A DNA stretch of 64,000 nucleotides from a virus (lineage: Duplodnaviria > Caudoviricetes): positions 1 through 64,000 of the IMG/VR virus record IMGVR_UViG_3300033485_000007. One strand, given 5' to 3'. Position numbers and translations under genes: made by a program. Position 1 is the first letter of the stretch. The number at the start of each line of letters is the position of its first letter. Positions 8,005 through 17,724 of this stretch are shown piece by piece. The notes under the pieces were generated by a model. That model ran no database searches. It saw only the letters and a program-made list of their open reading frames with translations, and was not told where the DNA came from.

Positions 8005-9606
8005 ATGCGCTGGCCATTCACCAGACGACAGAGCGCGTTCGAGCGCGAATTGGCCGAGGTTAAGGCACTGCCCGAGACCTCGGTTCTAGCTACTGGCATC
8101 GAGACGCTGTACGGCCACGACCTGACGCCCATGGCGCCCCCAGTGGTCCCGCCCGCCCCGGAAGCAAACGACCAATCGATATTCGCTCGCCCGCCGCAGA
8201 TTGATAAGTTCCCCGTAATCATCGGGGCGAATCTAACCGCTCAATACGTATCTAGCGCGTTCCGACTGTGCAATAGCGGGTGGCGATACCAATACGTTGA
8301 CCTGCTTGATGAGCTACTCGAGAACGACCCGGACGCTCGCGCCGTGGTCCGCGCTAGAATCCTTGGGGTCGCATGCGGGCGATACACGGTAGAGCCGGCT
8401 GACCTTGGTGAGAATGCTACGGATGCCGAGCGCGACCTGGCTAAGTCGATTGCCGGGCAGTTCGATATCGAGTTCAAAAACATCCCATTCCTTCGTCAGC
8501 GCCTCCAGCAATTAGCTTGGGCCGACTGGTATGGCCTGAGCGGGCTCGAAATCAAATGGGAGCACCCAGCGGCTAACAAGTGGGAGATTGCCGGGCTTAG
8601 CTTCATCCATTCCCGGCGCATCAACCTGACGAATCCGACTTCGTGGGACGTGTACATTTACGACCAAGGCCTAGTCGGTCCTGGTAGCGAGTACATGGGC
8701 CCGACCGTCGGCGTTTACGGTCTGCCGGTTTCGAAATACCCGAACAAGTTTGTTATCCACTCACCGAGTCTGAGTGGCCAATACCCGACCCGCGACGGGG
8801 AGGGTAGGTACGTAGCGTTCTTCTTGCTGATGAAGCGGATGGTAACGCGATGCTCTGCGCAGGACTTCGAGCGCACGGTTAGACCGTGGGTGGTCGGCTA
8901 CTTTAACCGCAAGCTTCAAGAGGGACACGACGTCCCGCTCGCTGACAAGCTAGACATTGCCCTGTTAGAGGCCGCTCTTGGGGCGCTGGGAGCCGGCTCG
9001 ATGAACTCGGCGGCCCTGCCTAACTCGGTCAAGATAGAGCTCCTCAAGGCCGCTGCGGCGATGTCCGCAACAGAGTTCCTGAGCTTCCTCAACAAGTCAA
9101 TCGCCAAGGCCCTGCTTGGCCAGGCGTTCACGACTGAGCCGGGTGCGAATGGTAATCTGGCGACAGCTGAGGTAGCTGACAAAAACACCTCGAAGATTCT
9201 CGAGTACTCGGTCGGGGCGTTATGTGACACGCTGCGCGAAAGCCTGGCTGTCCCGTGGCTCCAGCTCAATCACCCGGGAGTCCAAAGACGATTCGCGCCT
9301 CGCGTTATCGGAAACGTTAGCGACCTGCCTTCGCCTGAGAAGCTAATGGAGATGGCGGCTGCTGGTGCTCGAATCGACATGCCAATCGATATCGATGACC
9401 TTGCCGCTCGCACTCACCTGAAGGTTCTCGAGAAGGACGACACGGTTGGTCGGCGCACGCGCATCGTATCCGAAAAGGCCGGACCTAACCCATCTGAAAA
9501 TGGTGAACCGGTCGAGGCCAAGCCCGCTGGCAAACTAGTGCCAATCAACAAGAAGGCGCCGAATACGGCTGCCCAAGACAATTCGAAGACCAAGGACAGC
9601 CTATAA
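8005..9606 (+). CDS. portal protein (DUF935 / Mu gp29-like)
   Basis: Position after terL; LENDP..RAV...R, GY.G.EI.W-like and G.LATAEV motifs. Confidence 0.85.
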   Translation: MRWPFTRRQSAFERELAEVKALPETSVLATGIETLYGHDLTPMAPPVVPPAPEANDQSIFARPPQIDKFPVIIGANLTAQYVSSAFRLCNSGWRYQYVDLLDELLENDPDARAVVRARILGVACGRYTVEPADLGENATDAERDLAKSIAGQFDIEFKNIPFLRQRLQQLAWADWYGLSGLEIKWEHPAANKWEIAGLSFIHSRRINLTNPTSWDVYIYDQGLVGPGSEYMGPTVGVYGLPVSKYPNKFVIHSPSLSGQYPTRDGEGRYVAFFLLMKRMVTRCSAQDFERTVRPWVVGYFNRKLQEGHDVPLADKLDIALLEAALGALGAGSMNSAALPNSVKIELLKAAAAMSATEFLSFLNKSIAKALLGQAFTTEPGANGNLATAEVADKNTSKILEYSVGALCDTLRESLAVPWLQLNHPGVQRRFAPRVIGNVSDLPSPEKLMEMAAAGARIDMPIDIDDLAARTHLKVLEKDDTVGRRTRIVSEKAGPNPSENGEPVEAKPAGKLVPINKKAPNTAAQDNSKTKDSL

Positions 9607-10337
9607 TGACTTCCGCTATCTCCACTCGTACCGCCGCACAGCTCCAAGTCCCCGACGTCCACGTTACCGATTATCTCGCTAATATCGCAGTTGCTGCGAG
9701 TGAGATTACGGCCCTCCAGGCAGGAACCGCATACTACCAAGTGCGCGGAGTGGTACTGGCCAATGTCGCGAATCTAGCGGCATTCACAGTTGCTCAAAAC
9801 GGGGTCACGTACGCCGCTGGAGACGTGGTTCTCCTGGCCAACCAAACCACGGCGGCCCAAAACGGTCCGTACGTTGTCGGCACGGTAGCTGGCACCGCGC
9901 CACTTACCCGCCCGACCTGGTGGACAGCGGCGAAGGTCATCCCCCAAGGAACGGTGTTCGAGGCTGGCCCTGAAGGCACACTGCTCGGTGGAGCGTCGTG
10001 GAAATGCACCTGTGCAAAGGGCGCTGTAGTCGACACCGATGACCCAGCGGTATATCCGCGCAAGGTCGGCGGCACTGCAACGCTGGTCGCGGGGACCGTT
10101 ACGCTCGGCGCCACTCAGGGCCTATTCCTCAAGAGCACCACGACGTCACAGGTCCAACTCACGCGCAACACTGCCGATACGTGCACGCTGACCACGGGCG
10201 GATACGTCGCCCCGGTCGCGACTCGAGTAGCCGGCAAGGTTGGCACCGCTGAGATTGTCGTATTCGCGGCCGTTGCAGCGGGGACAATCAACGTAAGTGA
10301 CGTCTCAACCGTCGACTGGCTAGTAAGCAATTGGTAA
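9606..10337 (+). CDS. virion decoration/fiber-like protein
   Basis: GVTYAAGDVVLLANQTTAAQNGPYVV motif typical of head-fiber/decoration proteins. Confidence 0.6.
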   Translation: MTSAISTRTAAQLQVPDVHVTDYLANIAVAASEITALQAGTAYYQVRGVVLANVANLAAFTVAQNGVTYAAGDVVLLANQTTAAQNGPYVVGTVAGTAPLTRPTWWTAAKVIPQGTVFEAGPEGTLLGGASWKCTCAKGAVVDTDDPAVYPRKVGGTATLVAGTVTLGATQGLFLKSTTTSQVQLTRNTADTCTLTTGGYVAPVATRVAGKVGTAEIVVFAAVAAGTINVSDVSTVDWLVSNW

Positions 10338-10370
10338 CGGAATCGGGCTCGTTTTACTGGAGTAACACAC

Positions 10371-11000
10371 ATGAGACTTGGATCGATTGAAGCGAGCCCT
10401 AGAATCCTCCCACTAACGGCATCGTCGGTACTTCTTGCCACTGGAATCAAGACCGCGGTTGCCACCGCCGCATCCGGTGTGCTTTATGCCGGAGCCGCGA
10501 TCAACGGGACAACGGTGGTGGCCAATATAGCCTACCCGTCCCCGTCCGGTCTATCCGGCTGCGCCCAGTACCCGATCGCAGTGGCCAGTAACAGTGCCGG
10601 CTCATATGTGGCAAATTCTCTCATCGTGTTCACCGGGACGCGAGACGGCAAGCCGGCGACTAGTACTGCTACGGTCGTCGGGACCGGTGGCAACGCGACG
10701 TTCGTCGGTGACCAGCCGCTCGAGTCGTGCAGCTCGGTAACTATCGAGGCGCAGGCAAACACTTCCGGCCAGTGGACACTCGGCTGGAATGATATCGCGT
10801 GTCCGCTGCGAGGGGGGAACCTCGAGCCATTCCGGGTTTTACGTCCGACGTCAACCGGTAACGTCGTTGTGACGTGCGGCTCTGGCCACGATGCAACCAT
10901 CCCTGTTATCGCTGGTGACCCCGACGAGATTGTGGATATCACTCGAGTAAAGTTCTCCAGCGCATCGACGACCGTAACCACGATTAAGCTCTACGAATGA
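10371..11000 (+). CDS. putative virion structural protein
   Basis: Beta-rich Ala/Gly/Thr ORF in the head module. Confidence 0.5.
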   Translation: MRLGSIEASPRILPLTASSVLLATGIKTAVATAASGVLYAGAAINGTTVVANIAYPSPSGLSGCAQYPIAVASNSAGSYVANSLIVFTGTRDGKPATSTATVVGTGGNATFVGDQPLESCSSVTIEAQANTSGQWTLGWNDIACPLRGGNLEPFRVLRPTSTGNVVVTCGSGHDATIPVIAGDPDEIVDITRVKFSSASTTVTTIKLYE

Positions 11001-12808
11001 GCGCGCTAGATATTGGCACGGGTGACGTGCATATACCGGGAGCCGTTGGCACCGGGGAAGAGAACGCGAAAGTGGCAAAAACTATCGCTAAGACGCGCAA
11101 GGCTAGACGCGCTATCAAGAAAAAGAACAGGCCAGCTGTTGACGCTGCCAAGCCCGGGGTGTTTCGCTTTCGCTTGTCGCACCCGGACGGGTCAAGTACA
11201 TTTGTCCGTCACAAGCTGAGCGCGGAGCCAGAACCGGCGTACTTCGACAGCAACACCGGGCGATTCTATCACATCGTCCCAATCGATAAGACCTCAGCTC
11301 TATCGATTGGTGATGGCGAGGATAAACGAGTCTGGGTGCAGGTCGCTAGGACCGGATCGTGGGCGGGGCATCCACAGGGCGCGTTCCAGATTACAGAACA
11401 GACGCTCGACACGATGATTTCTAACTTCCACGGGCAAGGCTTCGGTCGTATCCCGTGGGACTTCGAGCATATTAGCGCGATGCCGGCCAATAGTGGGAAC
11501 CTTCCTAACACGGGAAAGCCGGCTCAAGGGTGGATTTACGACTTTCGACGAGAAGGCCAGAAGTTGTTTGCCCTGACCGAATGGAAGGGACTTGCCCGCG
11601 AGTACATCGAAGACGACCGATACCAGGGTGTGTCTCCAGTTATTGATTGGAACGGCAAGGACCGGGTTAGCGGTAAGCCAATCGGCGCGATGATAACGTC
11701 GGTGGCGCTCACCCAGTGGCCATTTATCTCTGGCATGTCTCAGCCAATCGCCGCAAGCATCGACGGCGCTTCCGATGCCACCAACGGAATTATGACACTT
11801 ACCGAAATCACTGATGGCCAGGCGCTAAGTTCTGCCTATGGCTGCCATTCTGCGCTGGCCATGCTGCCACAGCTCAAGTCCGTGTTTGGGCTTCACGAAC
11901 TATCTCCGGCGCGCGACGTGTCGAGCTATCTTGGGTTGCTCCGGCAACATCTGGACGCGACCGGCGGCGACGGGATGGCAACCCACGAAGGTGTCGAGCT
12001 ATCCAAGTACTTCGCCCCGCTGCGCACGATTACGAACGCGCACGCTGGGATGGACTGGTACGCAATCCTCGACATCATCGACGAGCTCATGGACGCGTAT
12101 CTGGATCAGCATGGGCTACCAGACTTCGAGGAAACGCACGGGCCTATCCCCGGCACCGAAGCAACCGCCGTCGCTACGGCAGCGAGCACAGAAGGAACAG
12201 TAATGAGTGAACCTGTAGTTACGGCTACGGTAGAAGCGGTCGCGACTGAGGTTGTGCCCGCTGTTGCCGAGCCTGTCATTGAAGCGGCTGTTGTCACGGC
12301 TGCAAGTGCCGTCAGTGAGCCATCCCCCGAGCTCGCGGCTCTCACGCTCAAGGTCGCCGAGCTTAGCGCATCGGTGTCGGCCCTGTCCGCAGAGCGAGAC
12401 GCGCTCAGGGAAAAGGCCCATGTAGCTGACGAGAGTGCGCTGGCGTCCGAGGTCGACGCGGCAATCCTGACGTACAAGGACACCAAGGGATTGTCCGAAG
12501 AACTTCGCCCCCACCTGCTTTCGATGCTCAAGGCCACACCGGACGCGTTTCGGGCAACCTACCCAGCTGTCGAACCTGACAAGCAACACCTGTTGCTAAA
12601 CCTGACCGCTGGGCGAGTCGAAGCTGATACGCAAACCACTGTCCCTGTCGACGAAATCAAGCCTGACGAGAACGCGAGAATCATCGCTCTCGGCCTCTAC
12701 GGTCTCACCAACGAACTTCTGGCCAAGGAAGACGGGAAACTGTCACTTGGCGCTGCACAACTCAAGGCGGACTCGTTGCTCCGCGCGGCCCGAGCGGCCA
12801 TCAAGTAA
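10997..12808 (+). CDS. Mu I-like prohead protease with C-terminal scaffold
   Basis: PWDFEH, PAQGWI, A.EYI....Y..VSPV, SVALT..PFI..M.P; Ala/Glu-rich coiled-coil C-terminus; internal SD+ATG at 12203. Confidence 0.85.
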   Translation: MSALDIGTGDVHIPGAVGTGEENAKVAKTIAKTRKARRAIKKKNRPAVDAAKPGVFRFRLSHPDGSSTFVRHKLSAEPEPAYFDSNTGRFYHIVPIDKTSALSIGDGEDKRVWVQVARTGSWAGHPQGAFQITEQTLDTMISNFHGQGFGRIPWDFEHISAMPANSGNLPNTGKPAQGWIYDFRREGQKLFALTEWKGLAREYIEDDRYQGVSPVIDWNGKDRVSGKPIGAMITSVALTQWPFISGMSQPIAASIDGASDATNGIMTLTEITDGQALSSAYGCHSALAMLPQLKSVFGLHELSPARDVSSYLGLLRQHLDATGGDGMATHEGVELSKYFAPLRTITNAHAGMDWYAILDIIDELMDAYLDQHGLPDFEETHGPIPGTEATAVATAASTEGTVMSEPVVTATVEAVATEVVPAVAEPVIEAAVVTAASAVSEPSPELAALTLKVAELSASVSALSAERDALREKAHVADESALASEVDAAILTYKDTKGLSEELRPHLLSMLKATPDAFRATYPAVEPDKQHLLLNLTAGRVEADTQTTVPVDEIKPDENARIIALGLYGLTNELLAKEDGKLSLGAAQLKADSLLRAARAAIK

Positions 12809-12823
12809 GGATCAAACAAGAAC

Positions 12824-13267
12824 ATGGCACTCACTAACGTTCAGGTTGCCGAAGCGCCCGATACCAACTCCATCGCGGTCTACAACACCTCGACCACGAC
12901 CGACATCCCGGCGTATCGAGCCGTTATCGTCGACGCGTCGAACATTCTCGATAACGCGCTGACGAAGAACCAAATCGCAGTTACGCTCCCTACCGATACG
13001 ACCAACCCGTCGGTTATCATCGGCTTTACCCGCACCATTATCCCAGCCAGCGGAAGTGGTCGAATGATTCCAGTCGGCCCCGTTACGCTCGCGGTCTGCA
13101 AGGGCGCCGTTACTGGCGGAACGGTTGTCGATAACTCGGTAACATCCAGCTATACCGGCATGGTTGCCACGCACACCGCCGGCAAGAATCAATGCGGAAT
13201 CGCGCTCGCTACCGGAGCAGACGGTGACACCATCCCGGTTGTCCTCAGTGTCGCGGTGAACGCGTAA
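12824..13267 (+). CDS. capsid cement/decoration protein (DUF2190-like)
   Basis: Between protease and MCP; GIAL..ATGADGDTIPV.L motif. Confidence 0.7.
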   Translation: MALTNVQVAEAPDTNSIAVYNTSTTTDIPAYRAVIVDASNILDNALTKNQIAVTLPTDTTNPSVIIGFTRTIIPASGSGRMIPVGPVTLAVCKGAVTGGTVVDNSVTSSYTGMVATHTAGKNQCGIALATGADGDTIPVVLSVAVNA

Positions 13268-13302
13268 TCGCATCCCAGACTTTTATCGGAGATTTATCAC
13301 AC

Positions 13303-14613
13303 ATGACCGACCACAACATCGTCCCGCTTACTCACGCGGTCGTCGCTCCCGGGCAGTCCCTGAGCGCCCAACCCACGCACATCGACATCACCTCGGGGCA
13401 TCTATTTGACGGCGCTGGTAACTCTGCGGGTCGATGGATTCCGCGAGACGACAGCGCAACGGCTGACCAGAACAAGGCCCTTGCTGCCTATGCCGCGTCC
13501 CGGACCGCTCGAGCTACCGCATGCAGCATTGCCTCGAACGGGTTTTCAACGAATCGTGACCTCGTTCTTCAGCAGGCTCGCGACGTAATTGCGCTCTCGT
13601 CCGCCGATGAGTCCACGCGCGCTCAGGCTCTTGATATCGGCACCGCCGACGTCCACATCCCGTCCGCTCTCCCGAACTTCATCAGCGGCTACAAGAACGA
13701 AGGCCCCGTCGCCGACATTTTTAGTCCTCCGCTGATTGTCGCGAAGAACACGGACAAGTACTACCAATACGACAAGGCTGACGCGTACCAACGCGCCATC
13801 CCGATGCTCGGTGCCGGTGGGACGCAGACGATGGAAGTCGTTCCGCGGTTCGCTTCGACCCAATACACGACGGTGCAACGCGCTATTGGCGGATTCGTGA
13901 CGACTGAGGTTGAGGCGAATCAAGACTCCGCGCTACGCCTCAAGCAGGGAACGCTTCGCCGTATGGTGAATTCCGCTCTCATGGAGCGAGAGATTCGCGT
14001 CGCCTCGATGGCTCGCACGTCCGGTAACTGGAACAGCGCGACCACGCTCGCGTCTGGATACCAATGGAACGGTGGGGCGAATAGCGATCCAGTCAAGGAC
14101 TTCAACACCGCGCAAGAGGCGAGTTACGGCAAGATTTCTGGCGCCATCATCCCAGAGCACATCTGGAATGCGATGCGCAGGAATCCGGCGGTGCGCTCGT
14201 ACTACACGTACAGCGGCTCGGCTCCTGGTATGGTCAGTGAGGAGCAACTTGTCTCGCTCTTGCAGCTCCCGACCATCTACGTTGCTCGGATGAAGTACAT
14301 CGACTCGACCGGTGCGCTCAAATACATCTGGGGTAACGACGCTGTATTGTTCCGCAGCCCGGAGCAAATTCCCCCGATGGATCAAGAGGACGTTGCGACT
14401 TCGTACACGTTCCGCTGGAGCATGGGTGGCCTCAATGTCCCCGACGTCAGCTCGAATGGTGTCAATGGTCTTGGTAACGGGTTCATTGTCCGCCAGTTCT
14501 ACAATCAGTACCGCGGCCCGCTCGGTGGGTCGCAAATGGTCCTGACGCACGCAGATGCGGAGAAGATGACCTCCGCATTCATCGGTAACCTGCTCATCAA
14601 CGCTTACCAGTAA
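13303..14613 (+). CDS. major capsid protein with ~105-aa N-terminal extension
   Basis: DVH...L.N...GYKN..VAD.F.P motif; E.RVA; S.S.DP..D; position and size. Confidence 0.85.
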   Translation: MTDHNIVPLTHAVVAPGQSLSAQPTHIDITSGHLFDGAGNSAGRWIPRDDSATADQNKALAAYAASRTARATACSIASNGFSTNRDLVLQQARDVIALSSADESTRAQALDIGTADVHIPSALPNFISGYKNEGPVADIFSPPLIVAKNTDKYYQYDKADAYQRAIPMLGAGGTQTMEVVPRFASTQYTTVQRAIGGFVTTEVEANQDSALRLKQGTLRRMVNSALMEREIRVASMARTSGNWNSATTLASGYQWNGGANSDPVKDFNTAQEASYGKISGAIIPEHIWNAMRRNPAVRSYYTYSGSAPGMVSEEQLVSLLQLPTIYVARMKYIDSTGALKYIWGNDAVLFRSPEQIPPMDQEDVATSYTFRWSMGGLNVPDVSSNGVNGLGNGFIVRQFYNQYRGPLGGSQMVLTHADAEKMTSAFIGNLLINAYQ

Positions 14614-14622
14614 TCGACAGAT

Positions 14623-14652
14623 GGGGCCGGAGTAGCGCTCGGCCCCTGTTTC
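14623..14652 (+). terminator. intrinsic terminator after MCP
   Basis: GGGGCCG-N10-CGGCCCC followed by TGTTTC. Confidence 0.65.
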
Positions 14653-14694
14653 GTTAGCGAGGGCGATATCTCGCAGTCCCAGGAGAACAATTCA

Positions 14695-15120
14695 ATGGCA
14701 CAGATTCAACCGCAAGAGACCGCGCGACCTAAGACGCTCAAGATTCGCATGAAGCCCGGTCAGGGCAAGATGCTCATTGGGCGCCGATGGCGGCTATCGA
14801 ATGGCGAACTGACTGACAAGCTACCATCGGATTCGCAAGAGCGGATGAACCCCGAGGACGAGTGGCTCGAGGCTCGCGAGATTGACGAAAACGGGATCCC
14901 GAGCGAAGGTCCAATTGCTGAGGTAACCGAGTCCGCTGTCCGTAAGATGCTCGATGCGCGCGGGAAGCCTTCGCGCGTGATTGATGGCTATCGTATGGTC
15001 AAGTACCAAGGCCAACTCACAAATAACGAAAACGGTGAACAGGTCCGTACCAGGACCGAGTTCTCACCAGCGGCCCAACAGGGCGCATTCGACGACGCCA
15101 CGTTCGAAATTGTCAACTAA
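14695..15120 (+). CDS. hypothetical protein (head completion region)
   Basis: SD AGGAG, 141 aa. Confidence 0.6.
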   Translation: MAQIQPQETARPKTLKIRMKPGQGKMLIGRRWRLSNGELTDKLPSDSQERMNPEDEWLEAREIDENGIPSEGPIAEVTESAVRKMLDARGKPSRVIDGYRMVKYQGQLTNNENGEQVRTRTEFSPAAQQGAFDDATFEIVN

Positions 15121-15126
15121 CAGCCC

Positions 15127-15615
15127 ATGACCACCCCGCTAATAACAGCATCGGACCTGAGAAACGCGCTGTCGCCGTCAACGTACATGGCGCTTTTCGA
15201 CGACGAGCAATGCGGGAGCACTGTCGAAGTTGACGCGTCTGGGCCCGTACTGCTCGTCCTGCGACGGGCCCACATCAAGTGCATAACCTGGCTTGGAGCC
15301 AATTACACCAAGATACCGGACGGCACCGACACGAACATATCGGACCTGCTTGTTGATGCGGAGCTAAACTACGCAATCGCGCTGGCTTACGACCGCCACC
15401 CGGAATACGTCAGGGCGTACGGTGAGGAACCAAAACGCAAGGCGGCTTGGGACCAGGCCGAGCTAACGATGATGCGCGTACAAGAGGCGGTGCTTAAGTT
15501 CGTCGACCTTCCTGACATGGAAGAGCCGCAAAACGTTGGCGGTGTTGTTGTCGATGGCGGGCAGCGCGTATTCCTTACTGCAAACGACGGAACGGTGAAC
15601 GGCGGGGATTTCTAA
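15127..15615 (+). CDS. head-tail adaptor (DUF1320 / Mu gp36-like)
   Basis: Synteny; IT..DL..ALS..Y..LFDD helical pattern. Confidence 0.6.
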   Translation: MTTPLITASDLRNALSPSTYMALFDDEQCGSTVEVDASGPVLLVLRRAHIKCITWLGANYTKIPDGTDTNISDLLVDAELNYAIALAYDRHPEYVRAYGEEPKRKAAWDQAELTMMRVQEAVLKFVDLPDMEEPQNVGGVVVDGGQRVFLTANDGTVNGGDF

Positions 15616-16341
15616 ATGGCTGACAGGCTCGGAAATCTAGCTCTACCAGTCGAGATAACCGAGCCCGCTGGCGACCCGTTAAGGGAGACGCTTGGCTCGT
15701 ATCTACAGGCCGCAATACGTTATTACTGCGCCGATGCGTGGGCGGCAATTGGCGGTCGAGATAACGACCCATGCGCACGAGTTGAGACTAACGACCCGAA
15801 CGACAACACGTTCCACACGAGCTCGCTTCCTTGTCTTTGCTTATACCGCGACGACCGTAACCGCAAGGTGGTCTATCTCGGTAACGATACGTCGTATCGC
15901 GAGGCTAACATCGTTCTGCTCTGGATACCACCCACGGCCGTCCAGGAGCACAAGGCGCGTCGCGAGTCGTTCTTCAACGCGGTTGAGGGCGCCATCGTTC
16001 TCGGCCTCTCACGCGGTAGAGTTCCGACGTGGATTGCCGCTGGTGACACGGACCCGGTTTCACAATATCGCGGCTCGCATATCGGTAACCAGCTCGGTCT
16101 GATGAAGCCAGTGCATCACGGTGACATCCGTTTCGACGACTTCACGCTCACTATCGAAATGCTCGGCGCTCCACCGCGCAAGTACCCTGCACTTCGTGGG
16201 ATGCTGACGATTCACGAGCAGCTTATCCTTGACCCGTCACTCGGTAACGTAACGGCCGCAATTGGCCCGCTTACCGTTGGCGGCTCCACGCTTAGCGTAA
16301 ATGGCGTCCCATGGTCCACCCTAATCGACCCGATACCATAA
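15616..16341 (+). CDS. putative tail terminator/neck protein
   Basis: Synteny; LPCLCLYR motif. Confidence 0.5.
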   Translation: MADRLGNLALPVEITEPAGDPLRETLGSYLQAAIRYYCADAWAAIGGRDNDPCARVETNDPNDNTFHTSSLPCLCLYRDDRNRKVVYLGNDTSYREANIVLLWIPPTAVQEHKARRESFFNAVEGAIVLGLSRGRVPTWIAAGDTDPVSQYRGSHIGNQLGLMKPVHHGDIRFDDFTLTIEMLGAPPRKYPALRGMLTIHEQLILDPSLGNVTAAIGPLTVGGSTLSVNGVPWSTLIDPIP

Positions 16342-16550
16342 TGACCAAGCGCAAAACCAACATCAAGTACGAGCGACCGTATCCGCCGCGACGCCACGAA
16401 GATTCGAACTTTCGCGGCCTCCATCTCGACGACGAGAACCAAGCGACGGTATCGACCGTGCTCGGTATCGACCGCGCGCGCAAAATCGGCACCTCGGACG
16501 TCCTGTGTCTGATGGCGCGAGTTCATACGGCTCACAATGCTCTGGGTTGA
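16341..16550 (+). CDS. small basic hypothetical protein
   Basis: TAATG coupling; 69 aa. Confidence 0.45.
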   Translation: MTKRKTNIKYERPYPPRRHEDSNFRGLHLDDENQATVSTVLGIDRARKIGTSDVLCLMARVHTAHNALG

Positions 16551-16653
16551 GTTCGATAAGTTCGCCTGGACAGGACTAAGCAGCGGGACGCCAGCTTTGG
16601 TACTGCTGTTCCTATGCGCCGGGTTCTGGTTGACCGTATTTATTTTCCGATGA
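16537..16653 (+). CDS. 38-aa single-TM peptide
   Basis: MLWVEFDKFAWTGLSSGTPALVLLFLCAGFWLTVFIFR fills the gap to 16655. Confidence 0.4.
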   Translation: MLWVEFDKFAWTGLSSGTPALVLLFLCAGFWLTVFIFR

Positions 16654-16654
16654 C

Positions 16655-17206
16655 ATGATCGACTTTAAAATCGACACAACCGAGTTGCACCGGAAGATAA
16701 CCGCGTCGCTGCCAGCAATCGAGCGGGACATGATGCGAGCGGTCAATTCCGCGTCCAAGACGTATGTCGACAAGGCGAAACAGGGCGAGTTCAAAGACCA
16801 GACTGGCCAGCTTCGGAATAGCATTAGCTACGTGATGATCGGTTGGCAAAACCGAGGCTATTACAACAAGGTGATGGCCGCGACGCCGTACGCGCTGTTT
16901 GTTGAGGAGCCTACGAAGCCGCATTGGATTTACCCCAAGGCTGGGTACAACGCTCCCGTGTCGTCACTCATGCCTGGCCAGACTAGGCGAGGTCGAGGCC
17001 CCGGGCCGCATATGCACACGGTCGGCGGAGGTCACGCCTTGCGGTGGAAAGACGCTGGCGGCAACGAGCACTTCGCTTCACGAGTTTACCACCCCGGCAC
17101 CGCTGGGTTTCACTACATGCAACGCGCCGGGGAATGGGCGCGAATCAAACTCATACAAGAATTGCACGGTAATTTCGTTACCTTGCGCTCAGTTTGGACT
17201 CAATAA
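16655..17206 (+). CDS. virion morphogenesis / HK97 gp10-like neck protein
   Basis: TGQLRNSI, YA.FVEE.T.PH, RV.HPGT motifs. Confidence 0.7.
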   Translation: MIDFKIDTTELHRKITASLPAIERDMMRAVNSASKTYVDKAKQGEFKDQTGQLRNSISYVMIGWQNRGYYNKVMAATPYALFVEEPTKPHWIYPKAGYNAPVSSLMPGQTRRGRGPGPHMHTVGGGHALRWKDAGGNEHFASRVYHPGTAGFHYMQRAGEWARIKLIQELHGNFVTLRSVWTQ

Positions 17207-17703
17207 TGATTGCGCCAAAAACACTATTACTCGTCGCAAATCCCTGGGCGGCTATCGATAGCGAGGGACGCCCGTGTGGCGCCTGCCGTCGTGACCCGGT
17301 GGAAGATAATGCTGCGCTCGGCCACATCGGGGCTCGCCTTGAAGCTGATCTAATCCGTCCGGGTTCGGTCCGTAAGATTGGCAAGCGTGAGCAAATCACC
17401 GAGCAACCTGTCTATGACAGACGATGGGTATTTGATCCAAATCCGGTCAAGCTCCCCAACACGGCGTACTACCGTGACCGCGCAGGCAAGGCTCCATACG
17501 AGCTGTTCCCGTCCGACGAAAAGACCGCGCGCTATCTCGGCTACAAGAGCTTCACGTCCGTCGCCGACCTAATCGAGGCGCATCGCAAGCTACGCGTTGC
17601 CGAGTTCGACGCACAACACGGCGCGGGCTCGTGGCAAGAGCTCGAAGACGCGCGCAACCCCAAGACTCCCACCGCACCGGCAACGGCCAAGAGCGGCAAA
17701 TAA
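17206..17703 (+). CDS. Mu gp38/DUF2635-like protein preceding sheath
   Basis: VKLPNTAYYRDR motif and position. Confidence 0.55.
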   Translation: MIAPKTLLLVANPWAAIDSEGRPCGACRRDPVEDNAALGHIGARLEADLIRPGSVRKIGKREQITEQPVYDRRWVFDPNPVKLPNTAYYRDRAGKAPYELFPSDEKTARYLGYKSFTSVADLIEAHRKLRVAEFDAQHGAGSWQELEDARNPKTPTAPATAKSGK

Positions 17704-17724
17704 CAACCCTTTGGAGGGCTTTAG

